NCBI GenBank assembly: GCA_047602755.1
Contig: JBLKOM010000004.1
Location: forward strand, 27,305-91,304
Direction of reading: 5' to 3'
Length of the DNA: 64,000 nucleotides
From: Candidatus Woesearchaeota archaeon
Lineage (GTDB): Archaea > Nanobdellota > Nanobdellia > Woesearchaeales > JACJVV01
Shown here: piece after piece, positions 19,176 through 31,500 of the stretch
Numbering within the stretch: the first letter of the stretch is position 1
Layout of the letters: every line of letters starts with the position of its first letter
Notes under the pieces: model-generated
What the model saw: the letters and a program-made list of their open reading frames with translations, nothing else
Databases searched by the model: none
Told to the model about the DNA's origin: nothing
Translations under genes and position numbers: made by a program

Positions 19176-20915
19176 TCAATCTAAATAAGCATTAGCAACA
19201 TATTGCTGTGCCATCCTGTATGTATTAAAGAAACTTGCATTCATTGCAATTGCATGTCTTCTTATATCTAACCATTTATCTTTATTAGCATAATACATTG
19301 GAACTATTACGTTTTCTAATTTATAATATAAATCCTCAGCTTCTTCAGTAGGATCAAAATCCTCATTAAATCCTGGGTCTTGAGGTGCTTTACCTAATCC
19401 CCAACCTGTAACATTTTCAACTAAACCTTCAACCCACCAACCATCAATAGTAGAAATTTGTGGAACACCATTTAGAGCAGCTTTCATCCCAGAAGTTCCT
19501 GAAGCTTCATAAGGTCTTTGAGGAGTATTTAACCAAACATCTGAACCAGAAACCATTTTTCTTGATAATAACATATTATAATTCTCTAAAAAAACCATTT
19601 TTAACTTACCATTTTCATCATTTATTTGATTACAAGTATTAATTATCTTATTTATGATTTGTTTTCCGACAGTATCACTTGGATGTGCTTTACCTGCAAA
19701 AACAACCTGTATATCACCAACTTTCTCAGCAACTTTTTTTAATCTTTCAATATCATGTAAAATTAAATCTGGTCTTTTATATGCAGTAAATCTTCTAGCA
19801 AAACCAATAGTAAACCTATCTGGATGAAAACCAATATTTTTCTCTTGATTAATATAATCAATCAGAATATTTTTTGCTTCATGATGAGCATGGTCAATAT
19901 CCTCTTTTGGGATCGATAAAGCAGATCTTAATGTATAAGGATCAATTGACCAACCTGGTATATGTTTATCAAATACAGATTTCATCTGCATAGATATCCA
20001 TGATGGAAGATGAACACCATTAGTTATGGAATCAATTTGATATTCAGGGAACATTTCACGCGAAACTTCACCATGTCGTTTAGCAACCCCATTTACATAA
20101 GTACTCATAATTAATGCAAGTAAAGTCATATTTACTTTACCATCTTGAACAATTTTCTCCATTATTTCAATAGGAACAAGATTTCCTGTTGCTTTTAAAA
20201 ATAAATCAACATCAAATTTATCATGACCAGCAGCAACAGGTGTATGAGTTGTAAAAACACATTTATCTTTTACTGGAATAATATCTATATTTTCATTAAC
20301 AGAAGACTTATTTAAAAGTTCCACAGTTAATAAAGCAGCATGCCCTTCATTCATATGATATTTCTTAATTTTATTATAATTTAATGACTCCAACATTCTT
20401 ACTCCACCAACCCCTAAAACAATTTCTTGGCAAAGTCTATACCATCTATCTCCTCCATAAAGATGTGATGTTATATTTTTATCCCATTCTGAATTTTCTT
20501 CACAATCAGTATCTAAGAAAATAACTGGGATATTATGCCCTAATTGACCACGAATCATATGCTTCCATGCTTTAACATAAACATCTCTTCCTTCAATATT
20601 TACAACAACTTTATTAGGTAATAACTCCATTGACTCTTCAATATTCCAATTAACAGGATCTTCAATTTGATTATGATTCTCATCAAACTTTTGATAAAAA
20701 TAACCTTTAGAATTAAGTAAAGTTATACCTATTACAGGCAAATTAATATCAGCATATGATTTTAGTATATCTCCTGCTAGTATTCCAAGTCCACCACTAT
20801 AAGTAGGAATCATATGACTAATTCCAACTTCCATAGTAAAATAAGCAATATGATCTTTTTCAGGCGGATGCTCTTTTAAATCTCGAATGTTTAACATAAT
20901 AGTAAAATAAAGCAT
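19176..20915 (-). CDS. alpha-glucan phosphorylase (GT35, short glgP-type)
   Basis: 579 aa. Conserved blocks are YFTMEVGI...YSGGLGILAGD and the PLP-lysine block EASGTSGMKAALNG. The start is probably the internal Met near 20897. Confidence 0.85.
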   Translation of the reverse strand: MLYFTIMLNIRDLKEHPPEKDHIAYFTMEVGISHMIPTYSGGLGILAGDILKSYADINLPVIGITLLNSKGYFYQKFDENHNQIEDPVNWNIEESMELLPNKVVVNIEGRDVYVKAWKHMIRGQLGHNIPVIFLDTDCEENSEWDKNITSHLYGGDRWYRLCQEIVLGVGGVRMLESLNYNKIKKYHMNEGHAALLTVELLNKSSVNENIDIIPVKDKCVFTTHTPVAAGHDKFDVDLFLKATGNLVPIEIMEKIVQDGKVNMTLLALIMSTYVNGVAKRHGEVSREMFPEYQIDSITNGVHLPSWISMQMKSVFDKHIPGWSIDPYTLRSALSIPKEDIDHAHHEAKNILIDYINQEKNIGFHPDRFTIGFARRFTAYKRPDLILHDIERLKKVAEKVGDIQVVFAGKAHPSDTVGKQIINKIINTCNQINDENGKLKMVFLENYNMLLSRKMVSGSDVWLNTPQRPYEASGTSGMKAALNGVPQISTIDGWWVEGLVENVTGWGLGKAPQDPGFNEDFDPTEEAEDLYYKLENVIVPMYYANKDKWLDIRRHAIAMNASFFNTYRMAQQYVANAYLD

Positions 20916-21083
20916 ACTGTTTAAATATTTATGATTTCTCTCAAAAGTGATAACAAAAGAACAGTAACAAAAATAAAAGTACTAATTGTAATAATAATAA
21001 TAATAACAAAGAAGGTAAAAAATAATAGTTACAATAGAATAACTTACAAAATATTTATAAAAACAATATATTAGTAAAGTATC

Positions 21084-21629
21084 ATGCTAGAAACTATAAA
21101 AAAAAGAAAAACTTGTTTTTGTTTTTCAGGAAAAAAAGTCTCAGATAAAAAAATAAAACTAATACTAGAAGCAGGAAGATATGCTCCAAGTTCACATAAT
21201 TCTCAAGACTGGAAGTTTATAGTAGTTAAAGACAAAAAAAAGATAGAAGAAATTGTTTGTAATTGTACTTATGGACTATTTCATCATTGCCCCCCAATTA
21301 TTATAGCATTAGTAGCAGAACCAATTTATGCAAAAGATAAAAAAGGATTATTAAAAAAGAATCTTTTAGAAAAAGCTCAATATCATAAATATCTAAATAT
21401 AGGTGCGCTAACTGCACATATGGTTTTAATGGCTGAATCTTTAGGGATAAACACAGCAATTTTATCTACTACTATAAAAGAAACTAATAAACTTTTACAT
21501 GTTCCTAAAAAAAGTGAAGCAGTAATATGTATTGCATTAGGATATGAAGATAAAAAATTTAGTATACCAAAAGAAGCCCGGAAAGAACTAAAAGAAATAG
21601 TAAGATATGAAAAATATAATGGTAGATAA
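21084..21629 (+). CDS. nitroreductase family protein
   Basis: 181 aa. LEAGRYAPSSHNSQDWKFIVV is the classical nitroreductase N-terminal motif. Confidence 0.8.
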   Translation: MLETIKKRKTCFCFSGKKVSDKKIKLILEAGRYAPSSHNSQDWKFIVVKDKKKIEEIVCNCTYGLFHHCPPIIIALVAEPIYAKDKKGLLKKNLLEKAQYHKYLNIGALTAHMVLMAESLGINTAILSTTIKETNKLLHVPKKSEAVICIALGYEDKKFSIPKEARKELKEIVRYEKYNGR

Positions 21630-21632
21630 GAT

Positions 21633-22187
21633 ATGGAACAAAAAGAAGTTGAAAAAATATTGGAAGAAAATCTTAAAAAAAGTAAAAAAACAATAGTTAT
21701 AGCACCTGGAGGAATAGATTATACCACTAATGATAACATAATTAATTATTTATTGAAGAAAAATAATAAAATTGCTTGGATGACATTATCTTTTCCAGCA
21801 AGAATATTAATAAAACGATTAGAACTTACTAAAAAACAAATTAATAATCTTATTTTTATTGACGGTGCCAGTGAAGAAAAAAAATCAGAAAAAGTAAAAG
21901 GTTCATTTAATATAGATTATCCAGAATCATTAGCATCATTATCAAAAGGTGTAACTGAATTACTTGATTCAGGTCAAAAGATTAATTTATTCTTTTGTGA
22001 ATCAATAGGGACTGTATTATCTAACAACAAACCTGAAAATGTAAAACTATTTATGAAATATCTTATCAAAAAATTAAATGAGCATGGAATAGAATATATA
22101 ATATTTTCATTAAAAGAACAAATATATCATGCTTACGGAGAATCAATAAAACCCATTTTTGACAAAGAAATATTTCTTCTTGAATAA
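21633..22187 (+). CDS. hypothetical protein (possibly a RecA/KaiC-like fold without a P-loop)
   Basis: 184 aa, starting 4 nt after the nitroreductase stop. The alternating beta/alpha pattern loosely resembles KaiC-like domains, but no Walker A motif is seen. Confidence 0.3.
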   Translation: MEQKEVEKILEENLKKSKKTIVIAPGGIDYTTNDNIINYLLKKNNKIAWMTLSFPARILIKRLELTKKQINNLIFIDGASEEKKSEKVKGSFNIDYPESLASLSKGVTELLDSGQKINLFFCESIGTVLSNNKPENVKLFMKYLIKKLNEHGIEYIIFSLKEQIYHAYGESIKPIFDKEIFLLE

Positions 22188-22364
22188 AAATAAAATAATA
22201 AAAACAAAGGATAAATAAATTGCAAAAGAATAAAGATTAAAAGATCATTATGCCATTAATTCTAAAGTAGCAACAAAAGTTTATATAAGATGCATTTATA
22301 AATACTATAAATTATATTAATAATTAATATATTGTATAAATAATATAAAAAGGGGTGTTTACGC

Positions 22365-23030
22365 ATGAGTTATTTTGTAAAATTAGGAGAATCTATAGTT
22401 CTTCCTTTAACAGCACTATTGGAGAGTTTCTTAAATTTGTTCCCAGGTCTTTTAGGTGGTATTTTAATATTAATCTTTGGATACTTACTTGGGGAAGTAA
22501 TTGAAATCATGATTATCAAAGGACTTGAAAAAGCAAAATTCAATAAATTTATCCATAATCTAAAAATTTCAAAAGAATTAGAAAAGTTTGATCTATCACA
22601 TTTTATTGGTGTATTAGTTAAATGGTATATCTTTATCATCTTCTTACTACCAGCAGCAAGATTAATGCAATTAACCACATTAACACCTTTGCTAATGGAT
22701 TTTGCAAGATGGGCACCACTGTTTTTACTTGCAGTATTAATAGTAGTATTTGGTTGGATCGGTGCAGATGTACTTGGATCAAGGATAGAATCAACTAAAC
22801 TAAAATATAAACATGCAATCTCAGTTACAGTAAGAGCATTTGTTATATTAATGATATTAGTAATTGCATTAGACCAAATAGGAATTAATCTTTCAATTAT
22901 AGAACAAACCTATCTCATATTGCTAAGTGCTGCTGCTTTTGGAACAGCATTAGCATTAGGACTTGGATTTGGACTAGCATTAAAAGAAGATGCTAAAAAA
23001 ACTATCAAAGAAATAAAAAAGAAATTATAA
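22365..23030 (+). CDS. membrane protein with conserved TM-helix repeats (mechanosensitive-channel-associated TM_helix type)
   Basis: 221 aa with four TM segments. Repeated P.LL.AILILIFGW..G-type helices occur. The Shine-Dalgarno sequence AGGGGTG lies upstream. Confidence 0.5.
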   Translation: MSYFVKLGESIVLPLTALLESFLNLFPGLLGGILILIFGYLLGEVIEIMIIKGLEKAKFNKFIHNLKISKELEKFDLSHFIGVLVKWYIFIIFLLPAARLMQLTTLTPLLMDFARWAPLFLLAVLIVVFGWIGADVLGSRIESTKLKYKHAISVTVRAFVILMILVIALDQIGINLSIIEQTYLILLSAAAFGTALALGLGFGLALKEDAKKTIKEIKKKL

Positions 23031-23120
23031 AAAATTTATATTTTTTTATTTTAATTTTTTCTTATTCAGATCATATAATAACAAATAAATTTATATAGTA
23101 CTAAAAATAAGAATAATTCT

Positions 23121-23534
23121 ATGAAAAAAGTAATGGTATTTGGGACATTTAATATAATACATCCAGGACATCTACATTTATTCCGCCAAGCAAAGAAATA
23201 TGGTGAAAAACTAATAGTAGTCCTTGCAAGAGATTATACTGTAAAAGACTTAAAAGGTTATGAACCATTAACTGAGATTGATAGGAGAGAAAAACTTCTA
23301 AAAATACCAACAGTTGATGAAGTAATATTTGGAAATATTGATGATAAAATGAAGGTTGTTAAAGATAATCAGCCTGATGCAATATGCTTAGGCTATGATC
23401 AAAGCTTTTTTGTTGAAGAATTAGAAGGATTTCTTAATGAAAATAACCTAAATATACCTATAATCAGGTTAAATCCTTACAAACAAAACATATATAAAAG
23501 TAGTAAATTAAAAAAAGATAAACTAAACGAATAA
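23121..23534 (+). CDS. cytidylyltransferase-fold nucleotidyltransferase, likely archaeal FAD synthetase RibL-like
   Basis: 137 aa. VMVFGTFNIIHPGHLHLFRQAKKYGEKLIVVLARD contains the (T/H)xGH motif of the cytidylyltransferase superfamily. The size and layout match RibL. Confidence 0.7.
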   Translation: MKKVMVFGTFNIIHPGHLHLFRQAKKYGEKLIVVLARDYTVKDLKGYEPLTEIDRREKLLKIPTVDEVIFGNIDDKMKVVKDNQPDAICLGYDQSFFVEELEGFLNENNLNIPIIRLNPYKQNIYKSSKLKKDKLNE

Positions 23535-23633
23535 ACTCTTTCTAAAAAATAAACTTTTAAGAAATAATTATATATAATAATTAACAAATTTCAATACCAT
23601 ATATTTAAAAAAGCATTAATATTCTTAAGTATC

Positions 23634-24218
23634 ATGAATCATGATAATGAGCAAGAAACAATAACTGGAATAATTAATAATGATAATAAAAAACCAGCTA
23701 AAATCCAAAATATTGAAACAACCATAGAAGAGTTTTTAGAGTATCTTGACTTAAAACAAAATGATAAAAAAGAAATAGTTCAATTTTATATAGGACTTTT
23801 AACTGCTGCTTATGGAAGAGATAATTTTCTTGAAAGATTAGTAAAATATGAAGAAAGAATAAACACTATTGAAGGTACAGAAGAACTATTAAATGAATAT
23901 CTAGCAAATTATTACGGATTAAGAGAAGAAACAAGACTAAGAAGAATGATTGGAACCACATATATTCCTATGTTTTTCATAGATGATAATAAACAAATAA
24001 ATCAAGAACAACAACAAGAAATAGAAAGATTAAAAGAAGAATTAGCATTAACAAAAATAGGGTTTTATGAAGAAAGAATAAAACATAAGATTGATAATCT
24101 TTATAGAGATCAACCAAATAAATATGAAATGTTACAAGAAGCAATGGATTTTATTATGCTTAAATCAGAAATAAAAGGAATACATTATTCTTTCAAAGAT
24201 GAAACATTCCCTTTTTAA
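23634..24218 (+). CDS. hypothetical protein
   Basis: 194-aa ORF, helical with a coiled-coil segment. I recognise no family. Confidence 0.4.
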   Translation: MNHDNEQETITGIINNDNKKPAKIQNIETTIEEFLEYLDLKQNDKKEIVQFYIGLLTAAYGRDNFLERLVKYEERINTIEGTEELLNEYLANYYGLREETRLRRMIGTTYIPMFFIDDNKQINQEQQQEIERLKEELALTKIGFYEERIKHKIDNLYRDQPNKYEMLQEAMDFIMLKSEIKGIHYSFKDETFPF

Positions 24219-24276
24219 AAACATAAAAATAAATAAATAAATAATAATAAATAATAATCAAAAATTAACTAAATAA

Positions 24277-25524
24277 TTAACGTGTCATAATTTTATATAC
24301 ATCATCATTTTTTCTCACTTTAGAATTTACAATAAAAGTAATAATACCACCTTTATTAATTTCTCCTTTAATATTTCTTATTTTTTGACGAATTAAACCT
24401 GTAGTTTTACCAAGTATAATTATATCTTTATTATTTTCGGGAGAATATGAATCAATTTTAACTTCTGCAACTTTCTTTTTAGGATAATAATTTACAACTT
24501 TTCCTACAAACAACTTATATTCTTTACCCTTACTACCATATTCTTTTGACCATTCATTAACTGGTTTACCAAGAAAAAAACCATCAGAAAAACCCTTATT
24601 GTAAACATTAATCATATTAGAAACTAACTCTTTTTTCATTTTCTGAAAAATAATATTAGCATTTTTAGATGTAGATATTTTATTTTTGTTTAATACATAA
24701 TAATCAATTATTTTCCTATAAGAACTAATTACATTATTGACATATTCTGGATTTCTATTCCTACCTTCAACTTTAAAACAAGTTATTCCTGAATCAATTA
24801 ATTTTTCAATAAAAGGCATAGCACACAAATCTTTTGGAGACATTACATAATCTTTACCTAAAGACAACTCTTTTCCTTCTTCAGGATCTTTTAAAAAAGC
24901 TTCATATTCCCTCCGACATGGTTGAATACATTCACCTCTATTTGCACTTTTTCCAAAAAGTTCTTGTGACATAAAACACCTTCCAGAAATAGAAACACAC
25001 ATTGCTCCATGGATAAATACCTCAATTTCAATATCAAGTTTATTTTTCCTTATCTTTTGAATAATATTTTTAATTTGTGATAAAGTACATTCTCTTGCAA
25101 GAACAACACGTTTAAGATTTGGAATGAAATTTTTATAAAATGAAATACTTTCAAAATTACTTACACTTGCTTGAGTTGAAAGATGTATTTCTAAACCTAA
25201 TTTTAAAGCAATATTTATAACAGACATATCCCATGCAATAATTGCATCAATTCCATATTTTTTAGCTTTTTTTAATATTAACTCAACTTTCTTTATTTCA
25301 TTATCATAAACAATAGTATTAATAGCAAGAAAAGCACGACAATTATTTTGATGACACAAATTGATTATTTTTTTAATATCAGAAATAACAAAATTTTGAG
25401 CTCCTGCACGCATATTTAATCCTTTAACTCCAAAATAAACTTCATCTGCTCCACTATCTAAAGCAACTTTTAATGCTACAAAATTACCAACAGGTGCTAA
25501 TAGCTTTGGCTTCATAAAATACAA
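24277..25524 (-). CDS. U32 family peptidase-like protein
   Basis: 415 aa. The N-terminus KLLAPVGNFVALKVALDSGADEVYFG and the Cys-rich GECIQPCRREY block are typical of the U32 family. The start is probably the Met at about 25515. Confidence 0.85.
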   Translation of the reverse strand: MYFMKPKLLAPVGNFVALKVALDSGADEVYFGVKGLNMRAGAQNFVISDIKKIINLCHQNNCRAFLAINTIVYDNEIKKVELILKKAKKYGIDAIIAWDMSVINIALKLGLEIHLSTQASVSNFESISFYKNFIPNLKRVVLARECTLSQIKNIIQKIRKNKLDIEIEVFIHGAMCVSISGRCFMSQELFGKSANRGECIQPCRREYEAFLKDPEEGKELSLGKDYVMSPKDLCAMPFIEKLIDSGITCFKVEGRNRNPEYVNNVISSYRKIIDYYVLNKNKISTSKNANIIFQKMKKELVSNMINVYNKGFSDGFFLGKPVNEWSKEYGSKGKEYKLFVGKVVNYYPKKKVAEVKIDSYSPENNKDIIILGKTTGLIRQKIRNIKGEINKGGIITFIVNSKVRKNDDVYKIMTR

Positions 25525-25583
25525 AAAGAAACAAATGTTTAAATGATTTATCGTTTCAAAAAAAATTAATTCAATACAAGAAA

Positions 25584-28500
25584 TTAACTAATTACAATAT
25601 TAAATACTTCAGATCTAGCATTTCCACCTGCACCTAATGGTGATGCAAGTACAGTCATGTTGTATGTTCCAGGAATAGTTGGTGACCAACGTTGATTTCC
25701 AACAGTAATCCAACCTTGAGCAGAACCCGGATTTTCTCTTTGAAGTACCTTCCAATCATCAACAGTACCATCTGGTCTTCTTATTTCATAAGTAACACCA
25801 GCAAGTGCAATTAGTGAACTAACATTAACATCATAAGTTGTACCAGCTAATAAATTAATGGAATTTTTACTTCCTGATGAGAATACATCTTGATTACCAA
25901 CAGATACAGTATTAATAAAACTAGCAAAAGTATCAGTAGGAGTTGTCGTACCTGGAACAGAAGTATCAGTTGTAGAAGTACCTGCACAATTTATTCTAAT
26001 ACTAAATGTACGTTCTTGCGGTTGACCGCTATTACCCTCATGAATTTTATTACTAATACTATATACACCGTTATTTTCCTGTGAATCATACAATCTTAAA
26101 GTAATTCTCCAAACATTCTCAGGCTTACCATGACAAATATCTGATACAGCTGATGAAGCAGAAGATTGTGCTTTAACAATTACTTTACTTGTAGTATCAA
26201 TAGGAGTTCCTGGATCAATAGAAGGCCTTGTTGTTATATCAAAATTCTTTCCTTGATGTGAACATGTACAAGAAACTGAATTTGAATCAAAAATACAATC
26301 ATTTGTAGTCCCTTTAATTTTACATGCTTCACCATTTTCAATCTTAACAATATTAGCACTAACTTCTAAAATAAAATTATCACTTAACGAATTAAAATTA
26401 TGATTAGTACATGAAGTAATCCAACTTTCTTCTGGATCAACAGCACAACCAAAATTAGTTGTTGAAGCAGCTGTTACTAAATCTTGAGATAACTGAATAG
26501 GTGAAGGAGGCATACTATATGCAGTTTGACCATTAATTAAAACAGGTCTATAACTACCAACAGCTAATGGGTCACGAAGCATTGTGTTTGTATGCTCATC
26601 ATAAATTTCAATTGATAACCATTTAGTACTTGGACAACTTTCAGGAGAAGAACACTCAAGTGTATTTGGTAACACTTGATTAACAAATGCTGTTACACTT
26701 AAATAATCTCCAGGTCTCCAATAAGGTGAATTTATTTTAGGATCATCATGATTAGTTAATTCAGCATAATCTTCATGACCTATATCTAAAGAACAACGAT
26801 ATATTCCTTGTCCAACATCAAATTGACAGAATGCTGGTGCACCACCGCCAACTTCTCTTATATTACATGAAATATTACTTGTAACTCTCTCTCGATCTTT
26901 ATTTGTATAGGTATATTCAAGAACAACTTTATCATACCTAACCTCAGAATTAGTATCCATGATATCAGCTTCTTCTTCAAGAACATCGTAACGTTTCATA
27001 CCAGAAGATGCACCTCGTAAGTATACTTGTTTTGTTCTAACTCTATCTGCACAATCACATCTTTCATTACCATAACCATAATCACAATCCCATCCATCTG
27101 AACATACAAGTCTTAAATTATATGTAAGATCAGCACCTGCAACTAAACCTACTCCAAAATAATAGTTCCATGTTGCACGACCATTTGCTGAATTATATGA
27201 AATAAATCTTCTTTGACAAGGTGATAATAATCCTTGACTATCTACAGGAATATCACCAAATTCACCTTCAACCATTGCATTGAAATCAAAATCAAATGTT
27301 CCTGTAAATGCCCATAAACATAACGCATGTACCAGCTGACGCTCTGCAAACATGGCTCTAAAGAGTGAACTGCTACCATATCTTCCTGCAATACTTCTTT
27401 GAACATCACGGCCAGCTGAAGTTAATGCACCAAGAATATTACCAGGAGTACTATCGGTCCCTATTGTTCTTTGATGGCCTAAACTATATTTATTAGCTAC
27501 ACACTTTATTAAATCATAAATTAAATCACAAACATATCTTGTTAAAACTGCTCTACATATTCCTGGATTACCATCACCTGTTATCAAAATTGTTTCAAGA
27601 CAAGCTTTAACAGCAGTCATAATAGCTTTCCACAATTTCAAATAACCTGTAATACCTGGTAAACATAAACATTGAACACTTCTCAAAAATGATGATGAAG
27701 GATCAACTATTTTCTCTTTATCAGCTAATCCAAGTGCCGCTTGAATCTTAAGATAAATTTCTTGAGCTCTCCGATCATCTACTTCATATTCTTGGAAAAT
27801 CTTAGCAAATTCGGTTGATAATACTTCAGTATCATCAGAAATATTACAATCTCTTAAAAGAACATCATCAGTACAACCATCATGACCTGCAACTATTTGA
27901 CTAAAAGTAACACCATTTACTCTACCACTATTGTGACGATCATCTCGTAACTCTTCTTTAAGATCTCTTATTTGTCTATCCTTATTTGCTTGTTTATATG
28001 CTTGAAAATCTCTAACCAATGCTGATCTATCTGTTGCAGTCATTCTGCTTTGATCACCAGAACTTGCGCAATGATTCAAATCACGTTTAAACTCTGCAAA
28101 ACCAGTTGGATTAATGTAAGAATTAAATAATTGACTATCAGAATCAATAGTAGTGCCTTCTGGAACTTTGAAAACATCAACAGGTATTTCAGACAAAGGC
28201 CTAAATACTTTATTTGCAGCGACTGGAGAATCACCTTGACCATCTGTAAATAATAATGAATTCCAACCAACAACACTTGTATCTAGATCAATGTTTTGTA
28301 ATATTATTCCTCTATGAACAATAAATTCACCAGCAATATCAAAAGAAGTATCTTCTCCTGCAGCTGTTTGAACTCTTTTAGGAAGTACCCTATAAAAAAT
28401 ACCATGTTCGTCATGAGAACGCAAAGTCTGCGGACAATCACTATCAATATAAATTGTATGTGCCCCATCAAAATCTCCTGCATCTCTAGGGTGAATAGTA

Positions 28501-31500
28501 TTATGAACTGTCACAGTTGGATCAGCTCTTTGAGCACTAAGGAAATTGTATCTCTCAGCAAAAGTTGGAGCTGTTTGAGTAGTTGGAGTTTGTTCTACTC
28601 TAGTAAAATATCTTCCAGTTGATTCTGTTGCATAATTTAAACCTGTATCAACTATTTGCATATTACCAGCTGGATTTGCCTCACATATTCCAGCTAATGC
28701 ATTCCATGTTCGCCTTGCAGGTGAATTACATAATTTATCATAATCAACTGCACCTAAGAAATCATCACCGCTACCAATTAAATTACCTTCACCGCTATAT
28801 AATGGAATTATTCTACGCTCTTCTGTAACACCATTTACATCTACTTCTTCAGTACCAAATACAAAATCAGGAGTTGGAATAGTTATACCTGTTTCAGTTC
28901 TATGTAAAGTATCTTTTGCCATAAAGCTTGCAGCTACACAATAACTTTCTTCCATTTCATCAAATAAAAATCCATCTTGCAAGCCACAAACACTATCATA
29001 TTTCCTCATATATTCAACCACACAACAATTAGGATTAGGTGTACGTGGATCAAAACAACTAACTTTTTTAGTATCAAGTCCAGAAACACCTGGCAAATTT
29101 GATTCTGCAGGTGTACCAACGCCAAAATAAGGATTCTCAAATAAAACAGCGTCACGTCCTTCTTCTTTATATTTCTTCCATATCTGATACTGATATTGTA
29201 TAAACTCAATGCTTAATTCAATTCCTGCACAATCACTTCGTGATGTTAATGACAAACGATCAGTTGCACCATCAGGACCATCTAATTGTATATCTACAGA
29301 TTGTTGCCTTCCTCTATCACGTTGTGCATCTCTTACATATTTCATAAAACTAGGAGCTGAAGGACAAGCAATTCTATCACACAATAACTGCATCTTCTCT
29401 TCCCAATCCCAGAAATCCTTAGTAGCATTTGCACATTTAAGACAAGCTTCTAAACGAGGATTATCATCAATAGATAAGTCAAAAGCTCCTCCCTCTGATT
29501 CACGTTCAGCATAAACAAATTCACACAAACCTTGTTCAGCAACAATTGACTTAAAACCTGTCTGAGTAATTAAGTCTTTAATATTACCACCACCAAATTC
29601 ACAATTCCAACGTTTTTGAAACGCTTTAACATACATTACAACCCATGAACCCATACATGCATAAAGAGTATATTCTTTTATCTTATTTAATGGTTCAAGA
29701 AGATTATCAATTAATTGAATAGTATTATTTAGAAATTTAATAGCAGTACGCAAGAAGCTTTCAGGTATTACATTAGTATCAATTCTTCTATCAATTGCAA
29801 TCTCAAAATCAATACATTGTCTTTGTGTTATTTGTCCAGAAGATGTTGCAGTACTTCCAATAAGGTTATCTCTATTAGTTTGATATACAGGATCAGTGAA
29901 TCTTATTTCAATTTGAACTGGTAACCTTACACAACCAAATTGACTAATCATACATGATTTATTATTGGTCCAATCACTTCCTCGTCTATTATCAGAGATT
30001 TTTTGTTCTTTTTGTAAAAGTGTTTCAAAATCTTCTACTTCATCTTCTCTAACTGCTCTTTCTAAATCTCTTCGATAACGATTAGTATCTGTCGCACTTC
30101 TATCCAGAGCTTTAGATTGTATAACAACATAACCTTGTGTATTATTACTTCCTGGGACCATAAACACTCTTGGTGGGTCATTAAACCAACCAACATCCCA
30201 ATCAGCTTGATCTTCTCTTGAAATTCTTCTAAATCGAAAATTAATATTTGGTCTAGGAATTTCTTCATCAACAAAACTTCCTGTACCACCAAGCCATTCT
30301 AAATCAAAATTAAATGTAACTTGTGCAACACCCGTGAGTAAATGTCTAGGATTTAACATTGAAGGCATAGGGTTACTTAAATTGATTCCCCAATAACTAC
30401 CATAGCTACACATCCTATATTCAATATCATGCCTTTGTACCGTACTGTTTCTACCTACGGCATCAGTAGCCATAATTTCAACACGATTTCTAAATGCACC
30501 ATCATCTGCTATCCATGTTGAACGAGTTGTTTCAAAATCAACACCACCAGTTTGATAAGAATAATAATTTTGTCTATTTATTCCTTCAGCTCCTGGTTGA
30601 TCTAAAACAGAATATCCTGTAACTCTTCCTGTAATTTGATCTTGTGCTCTAGTAGTTTCAGTTGTTTCTTCAAAATTATATTTTCGTAGTTCAATTTCAA
30701 TACTAAAATTACCATTAGAATCGGTTCTACCAATAAATGTTGAATCATTATTTACTGTTACAGCAACAGTTGCAGGTTCATCGACATGTCCTCTTACTGT
30801 AACTTTATCATCATACGCAGGAGTTAAATCACGTAGATTATGCCATGTAATAGTTGGATCTTTTCTATCATAAATAGTTGTTCCAAATACTTCAACTTTA
30901 TTACCACCAGCATCAACAAACTCTAGCCTTATTCTATTACTACCTTCTTCTAAAGGAATTGATTGTCTAAAATCACCTTGATTAATTCGTATACTACGTA
31001 CAGGAGTATCAGAAGAACAACTATCTTCATATTCTACAGAAGTTGTACAATTTGTACCTGCAGGTGTCCTAACACTAACTGTATTAGAAAATGCTCCTTC
31101 ATCACAATTTTTATTAACTGCTGCAACTTGATATGTATAACTTGTTTCAGGCATGGTACAATCAGAAAAGGATGTTGAACGAGATGTCCCAATTGCTCTT
31201 GAATTTCTATATATTCTATAAAACTGTATATCCTCACTTCTATTATTAGCATCCCATCTTAATGAGACTGAATTAGAATTAACACTTTGATTAACTAAAT
31301 TCATCACCTGTGATGGAGGAGGAATTCCACCAATATAATCTGTCTCAACATAAATATTTAATGTAACATCTTTTGAAATAGTTCCATTAATAGGTAACGA
31401 AGCAACTAATGACAATGGAGGTATTTCACTCATCTCAACAATTGGTTTAGTTGCATCGACTTGCACAGTAAATTGTCTTTCTGCTGTATTACCTGAAAAA

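Noticed and set aside
20988-21006. A short (ATA)n microsatellite in the intergenic region upstream of the nitroreductase gene.
   Set aside because: It has only about six units in a very AT-rich spacer. That is expected by chance and has no evident function.
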